Below are positions 1-9,623 of a stretch of 64,000 bases of DNA, in pieces. The position numbers and the translations under genes were made by a program. Source of the stretch: an uncultured Nitrospiraceae bacterium (GTDB taxonomy: Bacteria > Nitrospirota > Thermodesulfovibrionia > Thermodesulfovibrionales > UBA9159); NCBI GenBank assembly GCA_964475485.1, contig CAYYWY010000003.1:10485-74484 (forward strand), given 5' to 3'. Numbering within the stretch: position 1 is the first letter of the stretch; each line of letters begins with the position of its first letter. The notes beneath the pieces are model-generated. The model was not told where the DNA came from and ran no database searches. It saw nothing but the letters and a program-made list of their open reading frames with translations.

Positions 1-69
1 CGACCGCCAGGTGAGAGGGGACCTTTGGTTACCCCTCCCTTGGCGGGGAGTGTGGACAGGTAGGAGAAA

Positions 70-714
70 GTGAGTAGAAATTATCAAATGGAAGTGAAAG
101 AAGACACCTTGATTCTGAGAGCGAGCTCCTTCCGGGCTGAAAAGGGAAGCTTTCTACACGGCATGATTTTCAACCGTGAGCTTGCATCGAGCCTCTCGGC
201 CGGAGCCGTGCTGATGCTCCTTGCTCTTCTGTTGGGCATTTATACCAGAATAACGACCGTTCATTTCATGATTGGAGCTGCTCTGTTCGCGGGTCTCTTC
301 ATGATTTTCAGAATTTATCTTTTCCGCGAAGGAATTCTCGAAACGGTAATCGACGAAGGGCGGCATGTCGTCACGTTCAAACTGAAGGGAATAACAGGAA
401 GCAGGGCGCGATCATATCCGATAGGTCAACTTCAGGATGTGAACCTGCACCGCGTCGCCCTTCAACCCGAGAATGTGGACGGAATAAAGGTGGTCGAGAA
501 GATAGCCTTGCAGCACGGCACGGTGCTGCCGGGATTCGGGAAGACAATTGAAATCGCAACGGTAAATCTCGGTTTCACGGGCGGAAAAGAGGTGACAGTC
601 TTTTCTTCAAGGGACGTTTCGGAGGCGGAGGATGTCGTGAACAAGATAAGAAGCTTTTTGGCAGAAGAAACCAAGAAGACAGAACCTGATGCAGGGAGCG
701 CAGAGGACAGATGA
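70..714 (+). CDS. hypothetical membrane protein (two predicted TM helices, soluble C-terminal domain)
   Basis: 214-aa ORF with AGGAG just upstream of the GTG. Hydrophobic segments AGAVLMLLALLLGIY and FMIGAALFAGLFMIF. Family not recognised; start uncertain. Confidence 0.5.
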   Translation: MSRNYQMEVKEDTLILRASSFRAEKGSFLHGMIFNRELASSLSAGAVLMLLALLLGIYTRITTVHFMIGAALFAGLFMIFRIYLFREGILETVIDEGRHVVTFKLKGITGSRARSYPIGQLQDVNLHRVALQPENVDGIKVVEKIALQHGTVLPGFGKTIEIATVNLGFTGGKEVTVFSSRDVSEAEDVVNKIRSFLAEETKKTEPDAGSAEDR

Positions 715-764
715 AAGGAAAGCAGATTGCACATATTGGCAACGCAGGAACGTGAAGGATAGAA

Positions 765-3700
765 ATGCCGAAGAGGACTGATATAAGAAAGATACTTCTG
801 ATAGGCTCCGGGCCGATTGTTATAGGCCAGGCATGCGAGTTCGATTATTCGGGCACTCAGGCGTGCAAGGCACTGCGTGAAGAAGGATACAATGTGGTGC
901 TTGTAAACTCCAATCCCGCAACGATAATGACCGACCCTGAAACCGCAGACGCCGTCTATATCGAACCCCTCACCGCAGAGGTCGTTGAGCTGATAATAGA
1001 GAAAGAGAAACCCGATGCCCTTCTTCCCACCATGGGTGGCCAGACCGCCTTAAACCTTGCGGTGGAACTTGCAGAGAAAGGCATCCTGGAGAAGTACGGG
1101 GTGGAGCTCATCGGCGCAAAGCTCCATGCGATAAAGAAGGCCGAGGACAGAGAGCTTTTTAAGGAAGCGATGGGGAGGATAGGGCTCGAGGTCCCCAGGA
1201 GCGCTTATATCGGCAGTCTAAAGGAGGGGATCGATTCGGTGGAACATATCGGGTTTCCTGCGATCCTGAGACCCTCGTTCACCCTGGGCGGGACAGGGGG
1301 AGGCATTGCTTACAACATGGAGGAATACACCGAGCTCCTTGACAACGGCTTGAAACTCAGCCCTGTGCATCAGGTCCTAGTGGAGGAATCCGTCATCGGA
1401 TGGAAGGAGTTCGAGCTCGAGGTGATGCGCGACACGAAGGACAATGTGGTGATCATATGCTCCATCGAGAACTTCGATCCGATGGGTGTCCACACAGGGG
1501 ACTCCATTACGGTTGCCCCTGCCCAGACCCTCACCGACAAGGAATACCAGAGGATGCGAGATGCGTCCATCGCCATCATTCGTGAGATTGGGGTGGATAC
1601 CGGAGGTTCGAATATCCAGTTTGCTCTGAACCCCCGGGACGGCAGGATGGTCGTCATCGAGATGAACCCAAGGGTCTCCAGGAGTTCAGCCCTTGCCAGC
1701 AAGGCGACAGGATTCCCCATCGCAAAGATCGCGGCAAAACTGGCCGTGGGACTAAGCCTTGACGAGATCCCAAACGACATAACAAGAGAGACCCCGGTGT
1801 CCTTTGAACCCACCATCGACTATGTGGTTACCAAGTTTCCCCGTTTTGCCTTTGAGAAATTCCCCGAGGCCGATACCACTCTCACAACGCAGATGAAGTC
1901 TGTGGGAGAGGCCATGTCCATCGGCAGAACCTTCTGTGAATCCCTCCAGAAGGCGCTCAGGAGCCTCGAGATAGGAAGTTACGGGTTCGAGAGGGTGCAG
2001 GCGGGCCCTGACGAGCTCAAGGCAAAAATGAAGATCCCGAATGCAGAGAGGATATGGTATGTGGCCCAAGGGCTCAGGAATGGAATCACAGTGGAAGAAA
2101 TCCACGAACTCACCTCGATCGACCCGTGGTTTCTGAACAACATAAGGATGATACTCGAAATAGAGAGAAGGATCGAAGGGTATGCGAAGGGAATAAGGGA
2201 GGAAAGCACGAGGAGCCTCGCGCCCTATCTCCTTCCAAGGGAACTTTTAATGGAGGCAAAGGTGAAAGGCTTCTCCGACAGGGCGATCGCGGGGCTCCTT
2301 AAGGTGGGGGAAGAGGACATACGGCACCTGAGAAAGGAATGGAACATGCACGCGGTCTATAAGATGGTGGACACCTGCGCTGCCGAGTTCGAGGCATATA
2401 CGCCCTACTTCTATTCGACATATGAAAGACCGTTCTTTTCAGTTACAGGCAACGAGTTACAAGCAGCGAGTAAATATGTGAATTCAGAATTGAACTCGTC
2501 ACTCGTCACTCATCACTCGTCGCCTTCGGCTGAATCCGAAGCAAACCCTACAAACAGGAAGAAGGTTGTAATCCTCGGCTCCGGACCGAACAGGATAGGA
2601 CAGGGAATTGAATTCGACTACTGCTGCGTGCATGCGGTCTTTGCCCTCAAGGAACTTGGCTACGAGACCATAATGGTGAACTGCAACCCCGAGACGGTGA
2701 GCACGGACTATGACACCGCGGACAGGCTCTACTTCGAACCCCTCACCATAGAGGACGTCCTGAATATCATAGAGGCCGAAAGGCCCGAAGGCGTGATCGT
2801 GCAGTTCGGCGGGCAGACTCCCCTGAAGCTGGCGGTTCCGCTCGAAAGGGAAGGCGTCAAGATACTCGGTACATCCCCCGACTCCATCGACAGGGCGGAG
2901 GACAGGAAGAGGTTCAAGGAGCTCCTCCACAAGCTTGACCTCAAACAGGCCGAGAGCGACACAGCGATGTCGCCCGAGGAGGCGCTGCAGATCGCTGCCA
3001 TGATCGGTTATCCCGTGATGGTGCGACCTTCCTATGTGCTCGGCGGACGGGCCATGGAGATCGTCTATGACGAGAAATCGCTCGTCGATTACATGAGGCG
3101 CGCGGTGAAGGCATCCCCTGAACACCCCGTGCTTGTGGACAAATATCTCGAAGACGCCATTGAGGTGGATGTGGATGCCGTAGCGGACGGCAGGGATGTG
3201 ATTATCGGCGGCGTCATGGAGCATATTGAAGAGGCCGGCATACACTCGGGCGACTCGGCGTGCTCATTGCCTCCTTATTCCCTTGACAGCTCCATCGTGG
3301 ATGAGATAAAGAGACAGACAAGGTCACTTGCAAAGGAGCTGAACGTCATCGGCCTGATGAATGTCCAGTTCGCAGTGAAGGACGGAGAGATATACATCCT
3401 TGAGGTGAATCCGAGGGCGTCAAGGACCGTGCCCTTTGTATCTAAGGCTACCGGTGTTCCCCTGGCAAAGATGGCTGCGAAGATCATGGGAGGAAAGACA
3501 CTTAAGGAACTGGGTCTCGTGTCTGAGAAGGAGATAAATCATATCGCGGTCAAGGAGGCGGTGTTCCCCTTTGACAGGTTCCACGGGGTTGATACGATCC
3601 TCGGCCCTGAAATGAAGTCCACGGGCGAGGTGATGGGCATTGATGAGGACTTCGGTCTTGCGTATGCGAAGGCCCAGGAGTCGAGCGACAACAAGGTCCC

Positions 3701-4097
3701 CCTCTCCGGGAAGGTATTCATCAGCGTGAAGGACAAGGACAAGCCCGGGACATGCGAAATCGTAAAGAAATTTATCGATATGGGCTTTGATGTCGTCGCC
3801 ACCAGAGGCACGGCAGAACACCTGAGAAACAAGGGTATCAATGTCGGGGTTGTGAACAAGGTGATGGAGGGGAGGCCGCATATTGTGGACCTCATAAAGA
3901 ACAAAGAAATAAGCTTTGTGATTAATACGGTGACAGGAGCCCAAGCCCAGAAGGATTCCTTCTCGATCAGACAGAGCGCTCTCCAGTACCGCGTGCCCTT
4001 TACCACTACGCTTTCCGGGGCGAACGCCGTCGTGAAGGCCATCGAGATGCTCCTGAAGAGAAGGATCCATATAAAGTCCCTAAAGGACTACCACTGA
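765..4097 (+). CDS. carB: carbamoyl-phosphate synthase large subunit
   Basis: 1110 aa. Duplicated ATP-grasp halves opening with [20 protein letters not shown] and [20 protein letters not shown], plus an MGS-like allosteric C-terminus. Carries about 34 extra residues at the linker between the halves. Confidence 0.97.
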   Translation: MPKRTDIRKILLIGSGPIVIGQACEFDYSGTQACKALREEGYNVVLVNSNPATIMTDPETADAVYIEPLTAEVVELIIEKEKPDALLPTMGGQTALNLAVELAEKGILEKYGVELIGAKLHAIKKAEDRELFKEAMGRIGLEVPRSAYIGSLKEGIDSVEHIGFPAILRPSFTLGGTGGGIAYNMEEYTELLDNGLKLSPVHQVLVEESVIGWKEFELEVMRDTKDNVVIICSIENFDPMGVHTGDSITVAPAQTLTDKEYQRMRDASIAIIREIGVDTGGSNIQFALNPRDGRMVVIEMNPRVSRSSALASKATGFPIAKIAAKLAVGLSLDEIPNDITRETPVSFEPTIDYVVTKFPRFAFEKFPEADTTLTTQMKSVGEAMSIGRTFCESLQKALRSLEIGSYGFERVQAGPDELKAKMKIPNAERIWYVAQGLRNGITVEEIHELTSIDPWFLNNIRMILEIERRIEGYAKGIREESTRSLAPYLLPRELLMEAKVKGFSDRAIAGLLKVGEEDIRHLRKEWNMHAVYKMVDTCAAEFEAYTPYFYSTYERPFFSVTGNELQAASKYVNSELNSSLVTHHSSPSAESEANPTNRKKVVILGSGPNRIGQGIEFDYCCVHAVFALKELGYETIMVNCNPETVSTDYDTADRLYFEPLTIEDVLNIIEAERPEGVIVQFGGQTPLKLAVPLEREGVKILGTSPDSIDRAEDRKRFKELLHKLDLKQAESDTAMSPEEALQIAAMIGYPVMVRPSYVLGGRAMEIVYDEKSLVDYMRRAVKASPEHPVLVDKYLEDAIEVDVDAVADGRDVIIGGVMEHIEEAGIHSGDSACSLPPYSLDSSIVDEIKRQTRSLAKELNVIGLMNVQFAVKDGEIYILEVNPRASRTVPFVSKATGVPLAKMAAKIMGGKTLKELGLVSEKEINHIAVKEAVFPFDRFHGVDTILGPEMKSTGEVMGIDEDFGLAYAKAQESSDNKVPLSGKVFISVKDKDKPGTCEIVKKFIDMGFDVVATRGTAEHLRNKGINVGVVNKVMEGRPHIVDLIKNKEISFVINTVTGAQAQKDSFSIRQSALQYRVPFTTTLSGANAVVKAIEMLLKRRIHIKSLKDYH
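2494..2521. repeat. heptanucleotide tandem repeat ACTCGTC-ACTCGTC-ACTCATC-ACTCGTC inside carB
   Basis: Read directly from the sequence: four head-to-tail 7-nt units, 27 of 28 positions match the ACTCGTC consensus. Confidence 0.8.
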
Positions 4098-4114
4098 AAG
4101 TATAAGAACTCTTG

Positions 4115-4867
4115 ATGAAGATAGGCTGCTGCGGATTCCCTGTATCAAAGGCGAGATACTTTGAGGCCTTTAACGTAGTGGAGCTGCAGCGGACCTTTTA
4201 TCAGCCGCCGGAAACATCCCTTGCCGAAAGGTGGCGGAGGGAATCCCCGGATGAATTCGAATATACCTTGAAAGCCTGGCAGTTGATCACACATGAGCCG
4301 GAAAGCCCCACTTACAGAAAACTTAAGACAAAGATTTCCCTGTCGAAAGAGAGAAATTACGGCTCTTTCAGGCCAACGGATGAAGTTTTTTCAGCGTGGG
4401 AAAGGACAAGGGAGGTGTCAGAAGTCCTGAAAGCGAGGATTATCATCTTCCAATGTCCTCAAAGCTTCAATCCAACAACGGAAAACAAACAGAACCTTGA
4501 GAAGTTCTTCTCGCGGGTTCAGCGAACGAAGAAGTTCATTTTCGGCTGGGAACCGAGAGGGGAGTGGAAGGCTGAGGAGATACGGGCCATATGCAGGGAT
4601 CTGGACCTTGTTCATGTCGTGGATCCGTTTCATTCAGCGCCCGTATACGGTAAGGTCCTCTATTACCGCCTCCATGGGATCGGCGGGTACAAATATAAAT
4701 ATTCCCCCGATGATTTAAAGGAACTGAGAAGACGCATCTGTCACGGACAGTCATCGTCAGATCGACTTTCCGGCATTGACGCCTATGTCATGTTCGACAA
4801 TGTCTTCATGTACGAGGACGCAGTGGCCTTCAAGAGACTTCTGGAGAGGGAAGAAGGGAACAAATAG
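4115..4867 (+). CDS. DUF72 (UPF0759) family protein
   Basis: About 250 aa. The opening MKIGCCGFP...YFEAFNVVELQRTFYQPP matches the DUF72 pattern (IGxxGW...F.xVEiNxtFY.xP). ATG 4115 preferred; TTG 4112 is an alternative. Confidence 0.75.
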   Translation: MKIGCCGFPVSKARYFEAFNVVELQRTFYQPPETSLAERWRRESPDEFEYTLKAWQLITHEPESPTYRKLKTKISLSKERNYGSFRPTDEVFSAWERTREVSEVLKARIIIFQCPQSFNPTTENKQNLEKFFSRVQRTKKFIFGWEPRGEWKAEEIRAICRDLDLVHVVDPFHSAPVYGKVLYYRLHGIGGYKYKYSPDDLKELRRRICHGQSSSDRLSGIDAYVMFDNVFMYEDAVAFKRLLEREEGNK

Positions 4868-4919
4868 GTGAAAGTCTGATATAATTGGCACATCAGGGCG
4901 AGAAGGGCGGGGAAAAGGA

Positions 4920-5801
4920 ATGAACGAGTTAAATTCAGTAATCATAGTGGACGATGATGAGGCCCTTCTCAGCATGCTCAAAGAGGGGTTTTCAAAGGAA
5001 GGGTACCGGTGCGAAACCGCCTTAAACGGTGAATGCGCCCTCGATCTCGTAAGCAGGAACGATTTCGACATCATGCTGACCGATATAGTCCTGCCCGGCA
5101 TCAAGGGCATAGAACTCACTGAAAAGGCCAAGAGACTGAGGCCAGAGATGGTGGTGATTATCATGACAGGGTTTATTGACGACTTCTCCTATGACAAGGC
5201 AATAGAAGCCGGCGCGTCGGACCTAATAAAAAAACCTTTCACGCTGAAGGAACTCATGGTGAGGATAAGACATGTGAAACTCCAGGAGAAACTCCGCGTG
5301 CTCTCCATTACCGACGAACTTACCGGTCTTTATAACCGGCGGGGATTCTTTGCCCTTGCCGAACAGCAGCTGAAGCTGTCGAACCGGCTGAAGAAGGGGA
5401 TTTTCATGCTCTATGCAGACCTGGATAATCTGAAGGGCATCAATGACGCGCTGGGCCATCAGGAAGGCGACCTGGTGCTGGTGGACACGGCCAATATACT
5501 TAAGGAAAGCTTCCGAGAGAGCGATATCATCGCCCGGATCGGAGGGGATGAGTTTGTAGTGCTTCCCATAGGGACTGGGGGGGATTCCATCGAGGCGGTC
5601 ACCACCCGACTTCAGAGGAATATCGACAATTACAACATGAGGCGGAACCGCACTTACAGGCTCTCTCTCAGTTTCGGTGTTCCCTACTACGACCCTGAAA
5701 ACCCCTGCTCGATCGATGAACTCCTTGCCGAGGGGGACAGGCTGATGTATGAGCAAAAGAAGATAAAGAGGGGTTTGAACTCAGACCATAATAGCAGATA
5801 A
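4920..5801 (+). CDS. response regulator receiver + GGDEF diguanylate cyclase
   Basis: 293 aa. Receiver domain (IIVDDDEALL, DIMLTDIVLPG, LIKKPF) followed by a GGDEF domain with A-site RIGGDEFVV and an RxxD I-site (RESD) five residues upstream. RBS GGAAAAGGA. Confidence 0.9.
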   Translation: MNELNSVIIVDDDEALLSMLKEGFSKEGYRCETALNGECALDLVSRNDFDIMLTDIVLPGIKGIELTEKAKRLRPEMVVIIMTGFIDDFSYDKAIEAGASDLIKKPFTLKELMVRIRHVKLQEKLRVLSITDELTGLYNRRGFFALAEQQLKLSNRLKKGIFMLYADLDNLKGINDALGHQEGDLVLVDTANILKESFRESDIIARIGGDEFVVLPIGTGGDSIEAVTTRLQRNIDNYNMRRNRTYRLSLSFGVPYYDPENPCSIDELLAEGDRLMYEQKKIKRGLNSDHNSR

Positions 5802-5875
5802 TTCCGGATAAGGCGGGAGCACCCCCTCGTCCTTTAAGCAGGTCCCCTATCACGCCTTTGGATGTCGTGCTTCTG

Positions 5876-5900
5876 GCGGCAGACCTCGCCGCTCTTTTTT
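5876..5900 (+). terminator. possible intrinsic terminator after the GGDEF gene
   Basis: GCGGC-agacctc-GCCGC followed by TCTTTTTT. The stem is only 5 bp. Confidence 0.3.
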
Positions 5901-6000
5901 CTACATGCTTAACGTGCTTGGACAGGATGGCCCGGGAAGCAGTGATATCAGAGACTTACTTCACAAGACCTTGCTATGAATCATAGAGCACATTTGAAAC

Positions 6001-6807
6001 TTACAAAAGTTTCAGTTCCTCCGCGTACTTTCGGAACAGTTCAAGACCTCTCTTGTGCTCGTCGCTGAGGTCATAGGAAATCCCTGTCCAGTAAGAAACG
6101 AGATCATCCTCAGAGAGGAGAGCGCGGAGAGGGAATTCCCTGGCGATGATTCTTAACTCTTTCAAAGCCTTCGTCTTCGCAGTATTAAGGTCTTTCCTGA
6201 ATTGTTCAAGAAGCGCTGGATTGTTTTCACAGCAGTCCTTTCTCACGGTCCAGAGGGCGAAGACAAAGGGGAGACCTGTCTCCTTGTACCAGATGTCGCC
6301 GAGGTCGTAGATATGGAGCTTCGGCCACTTGAGTGCTTCCTTCAGGGCGTCATCTCCGATAAGCAGGTACGCTGTGTGGGATTTGATCGCCTCCGAAAAA
6401 GGTTCGGCAGTGGATTTCAGGGGACACTCCAGGTCATAGAATTTTTTGAGTATGATGTCAAGGAGGGCTACGGATGTCTCCGATTGTGAAGAGGTTAGGA
6501 CGACAAGTCCGTCAAGGGTCTCGATGGGCCTTCTACTGAAAAGGAGGATGCTCCCGATCGGGCCTGCGGAGCTTATCGAATGGCCCTCCAGAATGGCATA
6601 TCTCTCCCCGTACCTGAGATACTCGATGGAAGATGAGGGACTTATGTCTATCTCCCCTTCCCTAAGCATCCTGTTCAGTACGGAGGGGACACCTTCTATG
6701 AACTCATAGGAAGAGCGGTCGGCCCTTTGCAGATTATAGAAGATAGGATAGAGGTTCGCATAATGGATTCTGCCTATCTTCAGATGTCGACTTTTCGGAT
6801 TAGCCAT
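6001..6807 (-). CDS. mqnA: chorismate dehydratase (futalosine-pathway menaquinone biosynthesis, MqnA family)
   Basis: 268 aa. Blocks LKIGRIHYANLYPIF, EGVPSVLNRMLREGEIDISPSSSIEY and DLGDIWYKETGLPFVFALW are typical of MqnA/DUF178. Confidence 0.8.
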   Translation of the reverse strand: MANPKSRHLKIGRIHYANLYPIFYNLQRADRSSYEFIEGVPSVLNRMLREGEIDISPSSSIEYLRYGERYAILEGHSISSAGPIGSILLFSRRPIETLDGLVVLTSSQSETSVALLDIILKKFYDLECPLKSTAEPFSEAIKSHTAYLLIGDDALKEALKWPKLHIYDLGDIWYKETGLPFVFALWTVRKDCCENNPALLEQFRKDLNTAKTKALKELRIIAREFPLRALLSEDDLVSYWTGISYDLSDEHKRGLELFRKYAEELKLL

Positions 6808-6931
6808 GTACTAATAGACATCCAGAAAGAGATTCTCTGCAAGTGAAACATGATATTCTATCATATCATGTGTCGTTGGAAACGCGTATCTTAATCCGGG
6901 AACAGGCATAGTCTTCAACCCATGAAGAGCG

Positions 6932-7663
6932 CTACTTCAACCTTTTCCCGATCTCTTTCCAGTCCTTCACCTCTTCTGCTCCTTCTGTCTCTTCAAAACT
7001 GAAGGCTGGGGGAAGATACTTCTTTGCAGATTCGATAACAGCCGGGCTGCCGACTACCGCCTTGATGACAAGCCCCATAGCGCGGCTCTCATCGAAGACT
7101 CTTCCCTCGGCCCAGGAAATCACGGGCCACGCATCGAATCCTGCCTCTTCGAGCCATTCCCTGAGCATCTTTGTGCCGAGCATACCCGTGCCGAGGAAGA
7201 CTATGGGAAATTTTTTGCCGATATCTCTGAGAACCTCCTGGCTGTGACTCCTTGGTTTCCTTAAAAAGGGGTTTTCGAGCAGTGCTCCCTCCACATCCAC
7301 AAAGAACACCTCTCTTCCTTTTTTCAATGAGAGGAGTATCCCGCGCCCTTCTTCCTTGCCCGACTTTGCTGTGATGCGGTGTATTCCCTCTCTGAGAGGG
7401 ACGAACTGCCTGAAGGCATATCCGTCTCCTCCCGAGAGAGTGCTTCCCATAGATTTTCCATCGACGACGAACTCCACAATTTTACCGCCCTTAAGGAAGA
7501 ACCTCCCTCTTGTCTCCGCCTTGATCATCGATTTCTTCCCTTTGATAGCGACGAGGTCGTGAACAACTACCTCAGGGAATGCCTCAGAGGAAACCGTGAA
7601 GAGAAAAAGCAAAGGGAAGACGAACATCACCGGTAATCTCGCTCTGCCATCTCCGTTATTCAC
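6932..7663 (-). CDS. hypothetical secreted protein
   Basis: 243 aa with a signal-like N-terminus LPVMFVFPLLFLFTVSSEA. The rest is not recognised; there is only a weak HAD-like FFVDVEGAL. Confidence 0.55.
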   Translation of the reverse strand: MNNGDGRARLPVMFVFPLLFLFTVSSEAFPEVVVHDLVAIKGKKSMIKAETRGRFFLKGGKIVEFVVDGKSMGSTLSGGDGYAFRQFVPLREGIHRITAKSGKEEGRGILLSLKKGREVFFVDVEGALLENPFLRKPRSHSQEVLRDIGKKFPIVFLGTGMLGTKMLREWLEEAGFDAWPVISWAEGRVFDESRAMGLVIKAVVGSPAVIESAKKYLPPAFSFEETEGAEEVKDWKEIGKRLK

Positions 7664-7766
7664 CTCACTATTATATCAGCCTGGATGTGTAAGCAGAATC
7701 ACTTGCCAAGAAATGAGCACATGGTGTATTTTTATGGTGAAATAGAAAGAATACCGGGAGGTAGAA

Positions 7767-8078
7767 ATGAAAAAGAACTGCTGGGAGTTTAAGAAGTGCG
7801 GCAGGGAAGAAGGGGGCGCAAAAGCGGAAGAAATGGGCGTATGTCCTGCGACCGTTGACACGCGGCTCAATGGTGTTCACGACGGAAAGAACGCCGGGAG
7901 GGCATGCTGGGTAATCGCCGGCACCATGTGCGGAGGAAAGACGCAGGGAACCTTTGCGCAGAAGTATAAAAACTGCGAGATATGCGATTTCTATTCTGCA
8001 GTTAAGAAAGAGGAGAAAGGAACCTACCAGATGTCTATTGTCCTGCTCAATAAACTAAAGGCCTTCGAGAGCAACTGA
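7767..8078 (+). CDS. stand-alone two-CW domain cysteine-rich protein
   Basis: 103 aa with RBS GGGAGG 5 nt upstream. Seven Cys, including two CW motifs (NCWEFKKCG and RACWVIAGTMCGG) and CEIC. Resembles the 'two-CW' domain usually seen at N-termini of sensor proteins. Confidence 0.75.
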   Translation: MKKNCWEFKKCGREEGGAKAEEMGVCPATVDTRLNGVHDGKNAGRACWVIAGTMCGGKTQGTFAQKYKNCEICDFYSAVKKEEKGTYQMSIVLLNKLKAFESN

Positions 8079-8104
8079 GAATGGTCTGCCCGCTCAGGAA
8101 GAAT

Positions 8105-8137
8105 ACGGCCCGGCCAGGATGTTCCTGATCGGGCCGT
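8105..8137 (+). terminator. terminator-like hairpin after the two-CW gene
   Basis: ACGGCCCG..CAGGA-tgt-TCCTG..CGGGCCGT, about 13 bp paired with a 2x2 internal loop. No U-tract follows. Confidence 0.3.
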
Positions 8138-8235
8138 CCTGCCATGGTTGCTGCTAAGATAGACCTTCACATATTGTATCCTTAACTTGGTCTTCCACAA
8201 TATCTGGTAAGATTTAGAATCTTTAGTTTTTTTTC

Positions 8236-8264
8236 TTGACAAGAACACCCCTTTCTTATATATT
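8236..8264 (+). promoter_or_regulatory. sigma70-type promoter of the dcw cluster (Pmra)
   Basis: TTGACA (8236-8241), a 17-nt spacer, then TATATT (8259-8264), 34 nt upstream of the mraZ ATG. Confidence 0.6.
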
Positions 8265-8265
8265 G

Positions 8266-8290
8266 GTGGTAAATTGTGGTAAAAAGTGGG
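8266..8290 (+). promoter_or_regulatory. putative MraZ operator: three direct GTGG(T/G) repeats with 10-bp phasing
   Basis: GTGGT 8266-8270, GTGGT 8276-8280 and GTGGG 8286-8290, each preceded by an A/T-rich 5-mer. This matches the known MraZ box architecture (TGGGN or AAAGTGG repeats at 10-bp period). Confidence 0.6.
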
Positions 8291-8297
8291 GGAAAAC

Positions 8298-8750
8298 ATG
8301 CCAGCTTTTTCCGGTAAATATTATTATACCGTTGATGAAAAAGGCAGGCTCATGATACCTGCTCCCTTCAGAGAGATACTGTCCTCATCATACGGCCCGA
8401 GGATTTACATCGCCAATGCCCTCTTCGACAGCTGTCTCCATATCTATCCTTACGAAGAATGGGCGAGGCTCGAAGAAAAGGTGAGGGGGCTTCCGAAGAT
8501 GATCGAAGAAGTGCGCCTCTTTATGAGGCGCGTTATCGCCTCTGCCCAGGAATGCCCTATGGACAAGCAGGGGCGGATTCTCATCCCCATTGCGCAGAGA
8601 CAGGATGCAGGCATAGACGGTGAGGTGGTCATTGTGGGGCAGATCGAAAAGATAGAGATCTGGGACAAGAAAGCCTGGGATGCCGCAGTCGACATATCGA
8701 AGCTGGACAGAAAAGCGGCTGAAGAACGTCTCGCGTCATACGGTCTTTAG
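8298..8750 (+). CDS. mraZ: transcriptional regulator MraZ
   Basis: N-terminus FSGKYYYTVDEKGRLMIPAPFRE and a second half-domain DKQGRILIP. ATG 8298 (with GGGGGA as SD) preferred over GTG 8286. Confidence 0.95.
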   Translation: MPAFSGKYYYTVDEKGRLMIPAPFREILSSSYGPRIYIANALFDSCLHIYPYEEWARLEEKVRGLPKMIEEVRLFMRRVIASAQECPMDKQGRILIPIAQRQDAGIDGEVVIVGQIEKIEIWDKKAWDAAVDISKLDRKAAEERLASYGL

Positions 8751-9623
8751 ATGATAGCTCACCCCCCCGTCATGGTAAGGGAAGTAATGGGGGTGCTGGA
8801 ACCGAGGCCCGGGGGAATATATGTGGATGCAACCGTTGGTCTGGGTGGCCATGCAGAGGCAATACTCAGCCTTCTGGGCCCGAAAGGAAGGCTGGTCGGC
8901 ATTGACAGGGATGATGAGGCACTGAGGGTGGCAAAGGAAAGACTTGGGGACGGCAGGGTAATAATGAGAAAAGGCAATTTCTCCGATGCGGGAGAGATAA
9001 TTAAAGGATTGGGTATTAGCAAGGTGGATGGTGTTTTCTTCGACTTCGGCGTCTCGATGATGCAGTTCAAGGACATGGGTAGGGGGTTCAGCTTCAATTC
9101 GGATGAGCCGCTTGACATGAGGATGGACAGATCTCAGGAGTTGACGGCGGAACACATAGTGAACACCTACCCTGAAGAGGAAATGATAAGGATATTGAGA
9201 GAATACGGCGAAGAGAGGTTCGCTAAGAAGATCACAAGGGCGATAGTGGAATACAGGGCAAGGAAAAGGATCATCTCCTGCAACGAACTGGCTGGCATTG
9301 TGAAAGCCGTCTCATGGAGAAGGGGCAGGGTCCATCCAGCTACGAAGACGTTCCAGGCCCTGAGGATAGCCGTGAATGATGAGATAAACGAGATTGAAGA
9401 GGGGCTTAAGGCTTCTTTGAGCCTTTTGAGGGAAGGGGGTAGGCTTTGCGCAATTTCGTATCATTCGCTCGAAGACAGGGCTGTTAAGAACTTCATAAGG
9501 AACTCGGAGAGGCAGGGGCTCGCGAGGGCCGTCACTAAGAAGCCGCTGACTCCTTCAGCAGAGGAGATCAGGCAGAATCCCTCTGCAAGAAGTGCAAAAC
9601 TGAGAGGGGCGGAGAGGCTGTGA
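8751..9623 (+). CDS. rsmH: 16S rRNA (cytosine1402-N4)-methyltransferase RsmH
   Basis: 290 aa with SAM-binding GGIYVDATVGLGGH and a conserved C-terminus NPSARSAKLR. Starts directly after the mraZ stop. Confidence 0.95.
   Translation: MIAHPPVMVREVMGVLEPRPGGIYVDATVGLGGHAEAILSLLGPKGRLVGIDRDDEALRVAKERLGDGRVIMRKGNFSDAGEIIKGLGISKVDGVFFDFGVSMMQFKDMGRGFSFNSDEPLDMRMDRSQELTAEHIVNTYPEEEMIRILREYGEERFAKKITRAIVEYRARKRIISCNELAGIVKAVSWRRGRVHPATKTFQALRIAVNDEINEIEEGLKASLSLLREGGRLCAISYHSLEDRAVKNFIRNSERQGLARAVTKKPLTPSAEEIRQNPSARSAKLRGAERL

Noticed and set aside
4-46. Imperfect inverted repeat CCGCCAGG...CCTTGGCGG at the window edge
   Set aside because: It could be a terminator of the gene upstream of the window, but the context is truncated, the stem is imperfect and no U-tract follows. 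It was not called as a feature.
2494-2521. The carB heptamer repeat as a phase-variation (contingency) switch
   Set aside because: There are only four imperfect units, and carB is a core biosynthetic gene with no obvious benefit from on/off switching. An inserted-element or slippage-relic origin seems more plausible. This remains untested.
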